Source: Marsupella aquatica (Eukaryota > Plantae > Marchantiophyta). From it: 64,000 bases of DNA. Location: contig OZ316895.1 of NCBI GenBank assembly GCA_973895155.1, positions 21,960,558 through 22,024,557 on the forward strand, given 5' to 3'. This document shows, piece after piece, positions 11,144 through 25,217 of the stretch. The stretch's first letter is position 1; each line of letters begins with the position of its first letter. The notes under the pieces are model-generated. The model saw nothing but the letters and a program-made list of their open reading frames with translations, was not told the DNA's origin and ran no database searches. The position numbers and the translations under genes were made by a program.

Positions 11144-14100
11144 CTAAGCAGTAGAACCCACTTGTTTTATAGCGATACCCTCTTGCTTTTTAGTATTTCC
11201 TACACCATTTGTCACAACAGGGGGAGCGGGAGTGATAGAAGGAGGGGGTGGGTTCAGATCTACATACTGCATAGGAACTCCGGGTGGGTGATGGACATCA
11301 TAAGCTTCCAACAAAGGAGGTACTTCAGTCCTAGTTGCTTCTGCTGCAGCCTTGGCAGCAATTTCTCCAGGAGGAGGATGATCAAACCTGCACGTGGATC
11401 CATACTTGCAAGCCCCAGTTTTCATATAATATGCACAGATAGTTTCACCCTGCAATACAGCCAGCATCCACGTCTTAAGCATAGGCCAGTTTGCCAAATA
11501 CAGCGCTGGCAAAAAAGTAACGTCATCGACCAAGTGTTCGGATAGCAAAGTTTTGGCAGTATAGCTTGCTAAAGACCTACACAAGACAGTTGCTGTCCCA
11601 GTGTGACAACGTCGACACAGAATGAAATAATACGATAGTCTCTCGAGAGACTACAGGAGGGATTCCAGTCATAAAGACGAGATTACCTCTCTTCTGGGAA
11701 GACCAGCCAACGTGAGCTTCGGGACTGCTTTGGGGAGAGATGGCTGCGTTGGCTGCCTATTGTGAGGATGATGAAACTTGCAGGCTGCTCCAAAACTGCA
11801 CTCTCCAGTTTTAAGGTAGTACTGTAGTCACAAAGAATACGAGAACCCGTCAGGAGTTCAACTTTTAAAGGACAAATCCTTACATCCTTGTCTAGATGGT
11901 CATTTTTGCTGTTCTTCACCCTCAGCAAGTTTCCAGGCCTATGCATCTGAATCCGAACAGCATGGAACAATGCCATAAGAAACTTACAGAGCAATCTGGA
12001 CCTCCAGGTCTTTGTGGATGTAGAGAATTCATCGTCATCCCATTCTCCTGCAAAAAGAAAGAGTGCAGAGAAAGAGGACCTAATCAACAATCACCAATAG
12101 CATTACAGTCTGGAGGGATGTGCATCTGCGTTGAAATACAACAACGCAAGCAGGAAAAAACTCTTGGCCACATATCGTACGTGCAACTAAGATTCTTTGT
12201 AGAAGGACGGTAGGATATTCTGTGATGAGAAGGGAAAGGAATTGGCTTACACATGTTATCAGCTACTGTTACAATTCCTCGAATTTTTAAATATAATTCA
12301 ATGAATAAATAGAAACAACTCGTCTGCCACTATCTCCATATTACGGATTTTTTCTGAAATTTTGGACTAAAAGTAAAATCATCGCAGTATCATTGTATCA
12401 AGTGGTCATCATCGCATTCCCGATGCAATGTTGACCGTTAAAACATACATACCTCCCCACTCTAAGAATTCAGTTTTGATGTTGTTCGACAAACTACTAT
12501 AAGCATTGTAGAGATTTCTAGGGGCTATATAAGGTAGCTAACTCACTTCCATTTTCACCGGTAGAGGATTTGGCGCAACTGTCCCGTCATGTACATACAT
12601 GTCTGCCTGCAAGGTCAGACATTGCCAGCCTTGTGAGGACTGAGACCTCTTGAGAAAGTTCAACGAGCAATTGTAGTTCTTTCTTTTGGTTGAATCGGGA
12701 AAATTATTTTCCGGGCTGCGATAGCTTGGTAAGAGAACTCACATTGTTGTATGGCGTTGTTGACACCGTTGTCACTGGAAGGCTTTGGGCTGGAATAGGA
12801 GGTAACACTGGTCTGGCCCCTGCAGATCAGGACATTGCAAGGATATGTTAGAACAACCACATGAGTGTATTCCAACTACATGAAGCGAGCAGATTTAATA
12901 TGAATGATCTAGTTGAAACATGACCAGGGAATGATGTTAACTAAATTACCTGGTCGTATCACTTCAGGATGGTTGAATCGACAGCTACCTCCAAATTTGC
13001 AGCTGCAACCCATTTCGAATAAGCAATTACAACCATTAGCAGGAACTCAACTGGAGTGAAAAGCAACGTTACTCCTGAAGGGGAGCAGGGACCCCAACGT
13101 TGCAAGAATGGCCCCGAATATGCTAGCTTCGAGCAGTGAGAGAAACAAAATGAAGTTAGAGCAGAGCAAGAGCGAATTACCTTCCAGTTTTTATGTAGTA
13201 CGTGCAATCTGTTTCACTCTGCACAAACAAATGAAGATCATAATCACCAAGTTAGGGAAACAGTACCAAAAAGCCTGATCTCCAAAGTTAAGAAAAGTGC
13301 TCAAAGATAGGACGCCAAGCAAACATCTGGCACCAGGACTAATACGTCACCAACAGATCCAAAGTCTCAGACGTAAGAGGCTCCTTTCATGATCTAAAGG
13401 ATAGCTAGAGATTGTAAAAATAAAATCTCATAGTATTTCTACAAAACCTATGTTCATTCCATCTCATCCTAGAAGTAGCACAAAGCTCATTCACGAGATA
13501 TTCACAAGTGGACAAAACAGTCAGTACGGCAAACATATTTATTCGGTTGCTGATATTCGGTTCAATCCTTAAACTTAACCTGTCTGAGAGGCAAGCCCTT
13601 TGAATTAAGGGGTGATGCTTTGTTAGAAGCCTTTTCCCCAATGGTAGGGACTTTCACCGGAACCGAATGTGTCCCTGAAATGGCCCCCGCTGAAATCGAG
13701 CTGGTGGGTGCAGCTCCTGTAGTTGCAGCTGCATCTGACCCTGCCATAGCTCCATTCTGAAAACTAGGGACAGCCTCATCCTTGTTTTGAAATGTCGAAT
13801 CAGATACTGCCGCCTGCCTCTCCTTGGGATGGTTAAACTTGCACCTTACACCATACTTGCACTCTCCTGTTTTCATATAAAACTGAACAACAGCACCATT
13901 CGGTGAATACACCACCGAATAACTTAACCTTTGACCCACAAATATTTTAATGCACCGTAAAAAGCCTTGTTTACAAGACATGTAGGTGAGCTTTCCGATA
14001 GGATTCATCCAAGCTTTAACGGGAAGACATACCGCACAATTCTGTTCCCCTGCTCGTTGCGGCAGATTAGCAGGATCGGTCGTCGGTAAGGCATTAATAG

Positions 14101-16830
14101 ATGTTCCTGTAACCTGAAAGCAACTGGGCTATCAATAAACTTTCACTTGTAAAAACAGAGAACCTGTACTCAATCCAAAGGATACTTGTAAAATCATAAC
14201 GAAGACAACTGGCGACCTGGTATGAAGGTGGAGTCAAGAAGATGATCAGAGACCCAAAGCCTGTAAAAAGCCATCCCTGTGCAGACAGACAAAGTTTCTG
14301 ACCTCCTGAGCTAAACTAATAAAACTTAAGACGATGATATTGACCTGTTGCTCAGCCTCACATATTATCTCGGGACGATGCCTGAACGGAAAAAGAGGAT
14401 ACGTACAAAACTACCAGCTACATAAAGAAAAACATTCACACGCATCGAATTCAAGAAACTTAAAAGAAACACCCCTGGAATAATTGCGAAGCAACCGCAT
14501 AGGGGTACGACGGTCAACGACAGGGACATCAGATAAGGTTACTGTTACGACGTAAGTTCGAGACTTGACGACGAGACTTCACAAACATAGAATTGTGTCG
14601 AACCTCTTTCCAATTTGGTATCCCTCCATAAGGGACCCATGAAGGGTGATCAAACTTGCAGGTAACGCCAAAGCTGCAAGTCCTCGTAGTCATGTAAAAT
14701 GCACATAGCCTCTCTCCTGGTCTCTGTGGGTAAAAAGCAACACTCCCGCCACTGTCCGGCCGTGGCCGCTTAGATAGCAAGTCAACTGATTGTGATACTT
14801 TAAATCAGAATGTAACATTTTGTAGACACATTGATCAGGATAATTTAAATTAAGACCAACCAATTCGATTCCATAATATATGTTGGAGGTATGGGATGCA
14901 CACACACACCACCATCGCATAATATTAATGGTAGTAAACATTAATAACAAGAAATTCATAACCACGGAATTGTACACAGATACCAGAGACCATATCAAGA
15001 CCAAAAAAACACGAACAGAGACGATGATGAACGGCAGAGCGTCATCAAATACCAAGGCCCAACAAGGGTTTTGAATTATATATATGATACCGTATTATCG
15101 CAGAATACCGATGGAAGAACGGCCAAATATCAATAGGGCCAACATGATATAGAATATCGCAGGGACCAAGAAGTGTAGGTAGCCATCAAGTCACCAGTAG
15201 TAAAACACGTACGCACCAATGCATCCGCAGCAACACCCTTTGTCAGATCATCACACACAAACTATCCCAAACTCCCGACCCTGAAGTTCTATACATGTAA
15301 GACAAGCCATTGGATGTACTAGAAAATATTTCCCATGCATCAAAGCTTTCGTAATCGTATTTAGACGATTTGAAGACACCAACGAAACTTCAACCTAAAA
15401 CTCAATTTTGCAATCTATCAAGAGTAGTGATATTTCATTCTCAGAAGCCGATAATGAAACATAAAGCGGTAGAGCACAACATCGTGAGTGGCTCCTTGTG
15501 GTCAAACAAAGTAAAAATCCAGCAGCCCTATATTATGAGAACGAGAAACCCCGGGTGAGCGTGGCAGTAGAGCTGCCAGAATTGAGGAGAAAGTGTGGAT
15601 CTTTCAGTATTCTACAAATATGATAGCCTCAGACCATACATTGCGCCATCCGTTGAGGTTCGCCTGACTATTTCGGCCTAAATGTCGGAGACAGAAAGAC
15701 GCTGACAGCAAGACTGTTCGCCTGACATTGATAGACCATTGGAGGGAATAGAGTACAAGCCTTGACCCTGAGTAGCCCAACGTGAATGTCAGGTAAAACC
15801 CGTCCAACAGATGGTAACGGCAACCAGTATGCTCTCAGATTACGGAACCGGCACTCTTGGAAGCTTAATTATCGACCAAAGTGATGCAACAATCTCCACG
15901 AATTCAGATTACAGGGAAAAAACGATGGTCGGGATGCAGCATCATCGTAACTACACGACGAGGTCTGCAAACTAATCTAAGCTATGGAACGACAAAATGA
16001 GTGGGAACAGCAGTATTTTGCATGTTCGGCAAACCCGGGCCTCCTCAGAACGATAGCTGGTCATCGACATTGCCACAAAAGCGACCGACAGACGAAGACG
16101 TAATGCACCGAACATTGTACGATGAATTCTGTCATAACTGACAGTAAGTTCCGGGGAATTTGCCACCCAAAAGAATTCCTCCATATTCTGAGACACAGGC
16201 TGGATATGATTCAATCCAACCAGGCATACACAACGACAGAAAGACGACCTTCTGCACGATAGCTCGAACGCCATTCAGGAAATGTCTTGAGAAGACAGAG
16301 CATCCAAAATGGCGACAATTGGTTGTCAAGGATAATGCTTACTAAGATGGGAGAAAGAAGGGTATGGATTGAAGGACCATACGAGGCTCTTCCAAATTAC
16401 CATCCTGTTCACATAAAGACACTGAAAGATGTGTACAAAATATTATTCAGAAGCCATTCAAGAATTCCAAAAGACATGTACGAGATAGAGAAATGGGTAA
16501 AGCTTACTGACCATCATCGGAAGATCGCTTTGCTCCAACCGTTGGCTGTTCGTAGGTATACTGCTGCGGGGGTATGGGAGGTGGTGGAGGAGGAAGCTGT
16601 CCATATGCGGAGATCAGCGAATTGGCGTAAAGATTGGCACCGGGGGAGTAAGGATTCTGATTGTATGGCGGGGGAGGTTGGTATTGCACATGCTGCGGCT
16701 GTTGTTGTTGTTGTTGTTGTTGTTGTTGTGGTTGTGCTGGTGGTGGTGGTTGCTGCGGTTGTTGCTGCTGCTGCACTCCCGGGGGAACTTGCTGCACCGG
16801 CTGGTACATTTGTGCCCCCGACGAAGTCAT
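11144..16830 (-). CDS. HUA1: CCCH tandem zinc-finger RNA-binding protein, HUA1/C3H37-like. Exons (minus) 16830-16512, 14785-14604, 14113-14033, 13882-13580, 13218-13181, 13002-12950, 12819-12743, 12606-12547, 12047-11988, 11821-11687, 11449-11144
   Basis: [49 protein letters not shown] matches the HUA1 N-terminal finger signature. Five C-x8-C-x5-C-x3-H fingers assemble across GT-AG introns in consistent phase. Q/P-rich N-terminus. Confidence 0.88.
16692..16775. repeat. (CAA/CAG)n microsatellite encoding poly-Gln in the CCCH gene
   Basis: gttgttgttg.../gctgctgctg runs on the + strand read [26 protein letters not shown] on the - strand. Confidence 0.9.
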
Positions 16831-18009
16831 TTTCAGATTCCGAACTGTAAAGGCCACCAGAACCTATCTCTCGTAGTAGAACCCACAATTGATTGCTCCT
16901 CCTCCTCCTGCTGCTCCTCCTTCACAACGAGAATGACGCCGAATAAGCCCAGTTTTCTCTCTTCCTCGGACAGCCCGTCATTCATTACACAGAGAGTAAA
17001 ACATTTGCGTGCCAATGCGCCCCTCACCACGCTGATAAACAGACACCTCCTGTCGCTCTGTCTCCCCCTCTCTCTCTCCCTCTCTGTCTCGCTCTATTAA
17101 CTTCTCATTCAATCCGGCAGTTAGAGGTCAAACAAGGCCAAGCGCATTATCAGAGTGCACGCCAAGCGCATTATCAGTCCCCCATCAACAGCCCATCGAT
17201 CAATCATCGCCGTCATGCCAAGCTTGTGAATCAATAGCCCCCGCTACTATAGTGCGAAAAATCGTTCCACTCTCCACAAGACCAGACCCCCCGCTTCATG
17301 CCTCCGCTTTCCTCTCTCATCCTCCCGCTCCTCCGCCTCGTCCCATCACCTCTTCACACTGCATGCTGCTTGCTCAGCACCATCATTCAATCAGCACAAC
17401 CGCACTCTCGTCCGTTCCACAAATCCTTTCGCCTCCCCTCCCCTCCCCTCACCGCGCCATTATATCACTCATTCAACCATCATCACTCTATCGTGGGCCC
17501 GTGCGATTCTTCACAGTTGCTCCTCTAAATCACCGTACTTCGTACAATCCTTCCGCATAGAACTTAACGGTGCCATTCCGCATGGCATACGACTATAAGC
17601 TAGATCATCCGCCTATTGATCTTCCCTCCCCCTGCCGCAGACGACGACGAAGAAGAAGAAGAAGGGCCCAATTCAGCGGAAGGACAGGGCGAGGGGAGGG
17701 CACAGAATCAGAATCCTCGGAGAGGAGGAGCTGCAGCAAATTCATCGCTTCTTCATGGCGGCATCCATTTGTCGTGCCTGCCCTCGTTGTGCCTCCTCTG
17801 AAATTTTCGGCCTCGTCCGCTCCGCAACCGACCAACGAACGAACGCAACTACTGCGATTTCGTTTCGTGCGAAAACAACAAGATCTCTTCTCTCTCATAC
17901 TTCATCATCTTCCTCATCTTCTTCGTCTTCGCTTCGAAAGCCCTCTTCTCCTGCAATCCATACTTTTTGCACGCGTTGACGAGTTTCTTCCAGTCTACAC
18001 GTGTCTGTC

Positions 18010-18415
18010 TGTCTCGAGTTTGTCTCTTAGACTAGGATTGTCATCGAATTTATTCCCCTCGTGCTTTTTCCTCTTTGTAAATGAATTGTTTCCGCCAGTC
18101 ATCAAATGATGCCCTTCCTGCTTTTCCTCTTTGTAAATGAATTGGTTCCTCCAGTCATGAAATGTATGCCCTTCGTGCTTTTCCTCTTTGTAATAAATTT
18201 GTCTCCTCGAGTCATCAGATTTATGCACTTCTTGCATTTCCTCTTTGTAATGATCTCCTCGAGTTTGTCTCCTAGGCCAGGGTCCTCATCAAATTGGTGT
18301 TCTTCGTGCTTTTCCTCTTTGTAATAAATTGTCTCCTCGAGTCATCAAATATATGCCCTTCATGCGTTTCCTCTTTGTAATTGTCAACTCGAGTTTGTCT
18401 TCGAGCCTTCCTCTT
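18010..18415. repeat. Degenerate ~62-bp minisatellite, array 1
   Basis: Units like ttttcctctttgtaat..tctcctcgagtttgtctcctagaccagggttgtcatcaaatttatgcccttcgtgc, some internally shortened. Confidence 0.85.
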
Positions 18416-18417
18416 TA

Positions 18418-21159
18418 CGGGTCTAGTTAGAGACTTGTAATTGTGAAAAATCTGTGAAAAATCCACATCATCCCATAAATTCTAAACCATTGGATCTGTG
18501 TAATTGGACCATCTAGATTCTTTTCATGTGTGAGCACTTGTGTGAACACTCATGTGAGACAAAAGTGAGAACTTGATTCTCAACCATTGGATGTTTCTTA
18601 TTGGAGCATCCAGATTTCTTGCATGTGGGAACTCTTGTATATTCCTTGGATGGGGGACACTTTATGCAGAATCATGTGGGACAACTAGTATGTGGGTCCA
18701 GCTCAATTCGTTTTTGTGTGGACTGTGCATTCAATAGAGTGTTGTGTATGGACTAGATCACATTGTCAAAGTGCATTCAAAGGAGTATTCTAAATATGTA
18801 GGCTAGATCAGATTGCCAAAGTGCATTGAAAGGAGCGTTATAAATCTGTCATTTTAAATTCATGTGCATAAAATTTAATTTTGGTAAGAATGACATCTAA
18901 AGCTCAACTATAATAATAAGAGGATGCGACAAGAAAAATGACGGCTTGGATTGAATCACTAATTGTAAATATCTATGATATTATCTTGAGCAACTTAGTT
19001 TGAAGATTCAATTTGTTAATACATGCTAATAAAACAAAATTTGCATCAATTTCCTAATGATCATGACAAATGGAAACAAAGACAAAAACCATAAGTGTAG
19101 AATCATCATAGGTGTTGGTGAGAGAGGTCATATAGACCAACTTTCATGGGACTATGAACACTTGTTTTCTTGCATGATGTGGATTATGTAATCAATTGTA
19201 CTTTATGATGTTATTTTGTCTTATTATTAAATGTAGCTTTCTCCATTATGTAGAGATTGTAACTAATAAACTGAACAAAAATAGGTTGGATAGGAGATTT
19301 AGTGATGTTGTGTTCAATATTTAGGGACTAATTTGTTGTGCTTGTGGAGGCTGATTGGAGGTTGAACTCATGACTCTTTTGGTGTGCCTAGGGTGATCAT
19401 AGTGGGGTTTAATGCATACTTCAGGCTAGGTGGGAGTATCGTTTACAGGAGACATTCAAGCTTGGAGGCGGACATCAAGTGGCAGAGTATTTTTTGTATG
19501 GCTCTCATCATGTGACCCAGGTAGGTTTGTAGCATTGCATGTTTTGTTTAATAATTACAGTTTGTATGGATTTTATTAGTTGTGAAGTGGCCCAATGTCC
19601 TTTCAATTCAATGGTTGAGCCCCCCTCTTCACCCTTTCTTGAGATGAACATTTTACTCTTGGTTGCCAGACAAACTTGGGAGAATTTACGAATTATTTTA
19701 TAATCAATAACAAGCTCAACTTTTTGACAACACTTGAAATACAGGTTTGCCTTCTTTCTCTTCTCTCCTTATGGTCCAGAAGTGTGCTTGCTAATATATT
19801 TTGTGATAACCCTATTTCAAACATTTGTTCAATTCTAAGATTTCACCTTAGTCAATTGATTTGTAATAATTATTTCTAGATAAAAGAAAGTGAAAAGTTC
19901 TAATTTGCAACATCAGATCTAAACTTAGTGAACTGTTTGACCTGAAAATTGGAGTTTCATATTTACTTGTAAATACTTTTTCAAATCTTGACAACTGAAA
20001 AGATGTAAATATTGATACTCTATCTAAGGAACTTTGCTACAAAGAAAGGCATAAGAAGACTTTAGATTGAGAGTTATTTCCTTTTGAAATTCCTTTTCCA
20101 ATAGAAATAGCAAAAGCAAGATCAACATTTGATACTACTCTTAACATAACATTGTCTTTACATTAAAAATGAAGAAGATCACAAATTAAGGCATCTTGGT
20201 GCCCACATCCGGAAGGTTGGTGTACTTTTTGACCCAATTATACCTTTTAAACTTAATAAGGTTACAAGTTAAGGCATTCTGGTGCACACATCCGCAAGGG
20301 TCGGTGTACTGTTTGACCCCAATTGTAACTTTAAAATTAATAAGGTTACAAGTTAAGGCATTCTGGTACACACATCCGCAAGGGTCGGTGTACTGTTTGA
20401 CCCCAATTGTAACTTTGAAATTGATAAGGTTATGAGTTAAGATATTAAGGTGCACACATCCCTAAGTAGGCTTATCGTAACTGAGATTGGATTAAGACAA
20501 AATTTTCATATCAATATATTTTTTAACTCACAATTTGGAGCTAAGTTTGAGCTCCAACTTTAATACTAGATTCCCCAGCTTTCCTCTCTATCCCTTAGAG
20601 AATGTTCAGCCCATTTGGTTGAGTAGAACAAAAATGATTTTTTTTAGAGATCGATGTTGATTTTGGCTTCAACTTAGTTGACCCACATTACTGGCCCATA
20701 TTTAATAATTATTCTTTCCCAGTTTTTGAGTGACAACTAGCATAGATCTTACATGCGTTATACTTCTCACACACATTACTATTCTTGCGCACTTCCATTC
20801 TCGCACACATGACAATTTTTACACAAGCGACATTATTGTGCATCAACCCACATTGCACAACTCTCATCATTGATCAACAAACATCAATGGTTAAGACTAG
20901 CTTGTTATCTTATTTTATTACCCAAAGTACTACCCAAGTTTTTGTTTAAATTTGACATCAAAGAATGTGTATCATTCTTGCAAATGAACCCAACATTTTC
21001 TTCACGGTTGCCACACGAGTGTCTTGAATGGTCACACGAGTGATACGACACATTGCGCAATCTCCACCATTGATAAGTAAAATCCAATGGATAAGAATGA
21101 ATGGATGATGTGGAATTTTCTCTGAATTTATAAATTTACAAGAGTCTCTAACTGGACCG
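18418..21159. mobile_element. Degenerate non-autonomous TIR element, PIF/Harbinger-like
   Basis: Left end tta-cgggtctagttagagacttgtaattgtgaaaaatctgtgaaaaatccacatcatcc is an imperfect inverted match to ggatgatgtggaattttctctgaatttataaatttacaagagtctctaactggaccg-taa (21103-21162). TTA/TAA flanks; no intact ORF. Confidence 0.55.
20186..20462. repeat. 84-bp tandem repeat, ~3.3 copies
   Basis: aaggcattctggtgcacacatccgcaagggtcggtgtactgtttgaccccaattgtaactttaaaattaataaggttacaagtt starts at 20188, 20271 and 20355. Confidence 0.9.
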
Positions 21160-23199
21160 TAAAAATGAGAACCCGTATCAGATTGCATTAGAATATTAGA
21201 CAATGTCCATGCAATCATGTCACACCAAAATAGATGCATGTACATCATTTTTCTTAACCATGTCATAATGAATGAGTGGACATGTCCAATTAACTTACCC
21301 CTCATTCCATGTCTCCACATCCATTTTACATCAACTTGTCATCAAACAATATGATACACTACTATCCCCCAAAAGCACTGTCATTTTTACAAAATGAGGA
21401 AAAAGTGAGAGTAAATCCTAGCCCTTTATCAAAAATTAATTTTTTTGGCACCATCAGATCCACCTAGACACCCCGCTAGACACTCCTCCCAACTCAAATG
21501 TCTGTAAGAATGCCTGCTCGCATCTGCCAAAAATGAAAATTATAATAAATTTTTGGAAATTTTGGAAAAATATGAATATCTAAACTATTATTTAAATACA
21601 CATATCAAGAGTCACCTACAAATAAAATAAATAAATAAATAAACACTCCCTCATATTGTGCGACCATAAATGGACACCTGTCGCACGTGCCCATGCACAG
21701 ACCTTTTCCCTCCCCAATAGCAACACTTTCACAACAATAACGTACCTCGAGGGCCTCACGCCAAGGGGGTCTCATATCAAGCGCAAAGTTTTTGGGGAAA
21801 GACACATTAAACATAAGTAAAAGTTTTAATCACTGATTTTTTAAACACAAATTCTTTTGACATTTTAGAATCTTCTTATAATTTTCAAAAATTGATTAAA
21901 ACAGCCCTAATGTTCTTCCACAAAAATCTATTAGTCTTTCACAAGATCCTATAAAAAAACCTTTACTTATTCGTACATTATGGGTAGGAAGAAAATAAGC
22001 GAGGACCCGTGGACAACAATGACCAAACTGATAACAATTTTACAACATTAACAACCCAACCAAAATGAGGAGACTTTTGCACCCATGATGTATGACAAAC
22101 AATCAGGCCCGTGCTTTTTAATCTGATGGCACTATCATGGTTGTTTTCCAAAATTTGACTTTTTTCATCCCAACAAAAGACTGTGAAGCAAAACATGGAA
22201 GGGGTCAAAGAGACTGGAAAAAGGGGAGGGGCAATGATCAAGGAGAAAGTGGGAGGCACATGGATGGGAAGACATGGCCTTCGAAGCTCAATGGATGAGA
22301 AAAGGGGAACGCAATGATAACTTTTATGCAACAAATTCTTTTACATACCTACATATTGTATGCCACTGTAACATCCTGCACAACATCATATTTTCTGCAA
22401 TTATATCTTTTGTACATCTTTTGCATAATGACATTTTTTATGCAATATCATCTTTTATGTCATGTCATCTTTTGGGTAATGACATCTTTTACACTAGAAC
22501 ATTTTCAATTTGCATAACAATATCTCTGGTGTAATACACAGGTATTGAGCTAGTTTAATTTGCATAACAACCAATCACCCAAAACTTCATTATGTTCTGT
22601 AGAGCCCTTAATGGTGGATGATAGGAATTTTATAACATTACCGAAACTAAACCTCAACTAATATTTTACCCTCGACTCCTTGCAACACTCAATGGTTCCA
22701 CCATAGGTTGTTCCAAACTAGCCAGAGTTACTTTGGTTAATCAAGAGTGGAAAAGGGTGGGATTATCATGATTTAACACAAAATAGTGACATAGTATCCA
22801 ATTCTATCATTTTGGTGCCCTTCGAGCCTGCAGTTGACCAAGGATGCACTACACAACAAGGGCACATGAGAACCTTCAAATCAGGTTGGACTTATCTAGA
22901 GAGTATTTGTAGTAGTGTTACCAGTTTGGGACAGGCTCCTTCTCGGGCTTCTTGAGGCATGTGGGTATCAAATTATGTGTTAGTTGGCTTGCAGTAACAA
23001 CTTGTTGGGTGCACTTGTGTGCAGCTCTTCAGAACTTTTCTTACGAGGACTCTAAGTGGGTTGCAGGAGTGTGATTCCCCACCAATCAAGCAAAACTTGT
23101 TTGTGCATTGAAGCTGACTAAGCCAACTTTGTCATTTAGATCATCTTTGTGCTTTTTAAATTCATTTTTATTGCAATGGATAGAAATAACTCCAACTTA

Positions 23200-24130
23200 G
23201 TTTATCACTTACAGAATAGACATGGTGGACTATTTTAGTAAAATCTTATTAAGTACCAATGAATGTCAAAGTTAAGAATATCACAAACGCAAAACTAGTC
23301 AATGATTAGTTTTCCACAGAAGACAGATGTTGTGACACAAATGTCTTCTAAGTAATTTACCTAAGCCCACCTTAAGCCAAGTTGACACAGGCAGATCAGA
23401 CCTAAGCTGACCTCAACTGAGCCAATCTGACCAGAAAAAACCTTGTCTAAGCCAAGTTGGCCTTTGCCAACCTAATCTATCTAAGCTAACTTCAAAATTT
23501 AAGACCAATGTTGTGCATTTTTTATTTCATTTCTATTGGATAAAAAAGGTGTGAGTCTACTATTTAATAGTATAGACATAGCCGTATACTCTGGTAAAAG
23601 CTGAGTACCCGATTGGAACTTGAAGTTGAGACATAAAAACAGATATTCAAAGATATATAAAATAGACAAAGATAGCCAATGATCAGGTTGCCACATATAC
23701 ACAAATCTCTTCTTAGGTGATTTACCTGAGATCATTTCACTTAAGCTGCTTTACCTAAGCTGACCTTAAGTCAACCTGACCTAAGCAGATCTGACCTCAA
23801 CCAACCTTACCTAAGCCAAATTTACATATGCTGACGTTACATACGCTGAATTCAAAACTTAGAGCACGGTTGAGCATTTTTAACTTTCATTCGTACTTGA
23901 TTTAAAAATTGAAAGTTTTAGAGCTCATAGAATATACATGGTGACCATATACTGTGGCAAAATCTTAGTACCAATGGAGCATGGGGTCAAGAAAAAAAAC
24001 AGGCAAAGATAGCCAACATTTGTCGGATTAGTATGCCACATAAGACATAATTAAATGCCTTTTAAGCTGATTTGACCCAGGCAGATCTAACCTGAGCCGA
24101 CCTCATCTATGCTGATATGACCTAGGAAAA
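23200..24130. repeat. Degenerate higher-order repeat (~360-bp units) built around short acctaagc/gacct motifs
   Basis: Three blocks begin near (a)tagacat(g/a)g..cc.tatact.tgg.aaaa.ct.agtacc (~23215, ~23572, ~23932), each followed by runs of ...tgacctaagc... microrepeats. Confidence 0.6.
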
Positions 24131-24799
24131 CTTAAAGAAAAACAATATTCATTATGGGAGCTTGTTTGTTTGGGTTTGAGTGGTCCTCACCCTCTTTCCC
24201 CCTTTATTCCTAAAAAAAAACAGAAAAACAATTCAATCAATCTACAAATCAATGTGGCATGGAAGAACTAGGAAACATTAAACCTTATAACTCTTTCCAT
24301 GATATGTGAAGGGTAGTGAAATGAATGTCTTTTTGCATTTGAATGGACATCCTTATTGCTAGTTGTGTTGAGATACATGTGTTGAGGAACCAGGGTTCAA
24401 TGCACAATCTATCTTGAATTAAAAGATGTTTGGTTCACCCATTTTAGGGTGCGTCCTTGACCAAAAGGAAAAATTGACTATATATATATATTAACACCAT
24501 ACATTGGCCATAGCTTAATAGCACTAATTCATGGTAAAGTACGTTGTGTTCAGAGAGTTAACCTATTTAATCACTTGCTTGAGTTAGGTATCAACAAGTT
24601 GTTATCCCTTGCTACTCTCAACAATGTTGTTACAAATGGGGCACTTGTAGAAGAACCCTACATCCTAATTCTCCCTCACCCACCTTCCCTTACCACATCA
24701 AACAACTTTCCTTTTGGTAGAGTCCAATTGAGAGAAAAGTGGTTAGAAATTTAGAGTTCAATAATGTTACCAACAACTCACAACTAGACCCACATACTG

Positions 24800-25217
24800 G
24801 TTGTAATTGTCTCCTCGAGTTTGTCTCCTAGACCAGGGGTGTCATCAAATTTATGCCCTTCTGCTTTTCCTCTTTGTAATGGTCTCCTTGAGTTGTCTCC
24901 TAGACCAGGATTGTCATCAAATTTATGCCCTTCGTGCTTTTCTTCTTTGTATGGTCTCCTCAAGTTGTCTCCTAGATCAGGGTTGTCACCAAATTTATGC
25001 CCTTCATGCTTTTCCTCTCTGCAATGGTCTCCTCAAGTTTGTCTCCTAGACCAGGGTTGCCATCAAATGTATGCCCTTCATGCTTTTCCTATGTGTAATG
25101 GTCTCCTCAAGTTGTCTCCTAGATAAGAGTTGTCATCAAATATACGCTCTTTGTGCTTTTCCTCTTTGAATTGTCTCCTCGAGTTTGTCTCCTAGCTAGA
25201 CCAAGGTTGTCATCAAA
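24800..25217. repeat. ~62-bp minisatellite, array 2 (~6.5 units; same family as 18010-18415 and 26100-26290)
   Basis: Repeated gtctcctagaccagggttgtcatcaaatttatgcccttc(g/a)tgcttttcctctttgtaatggtctcct. Confidence 0.9.

Noticed and set aside
14786-16511. Intronic C/D snoRNA candidates in HUA1-like intron 1 (e.g. minus-strand GATGACCAGCTATCGTTCTGA)
   Set aside because: No clean C box and D box pair at proper spacing with a terminal stem; the possible rRNA complement is too short to support a call.
16287-17100. Overlapping poly-Val, poly-Cys, poly-Leu and poly-Thr ORFs
   Set aside because: Shadow frames of the poly-Q microsatellite in the HUA1-like exon 1.
17570-18466. 179-aa and neighbouring ORFs
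   Set aside because: Low-complexity GAA/CTT and minisatellite-derived; no recognisable domain.
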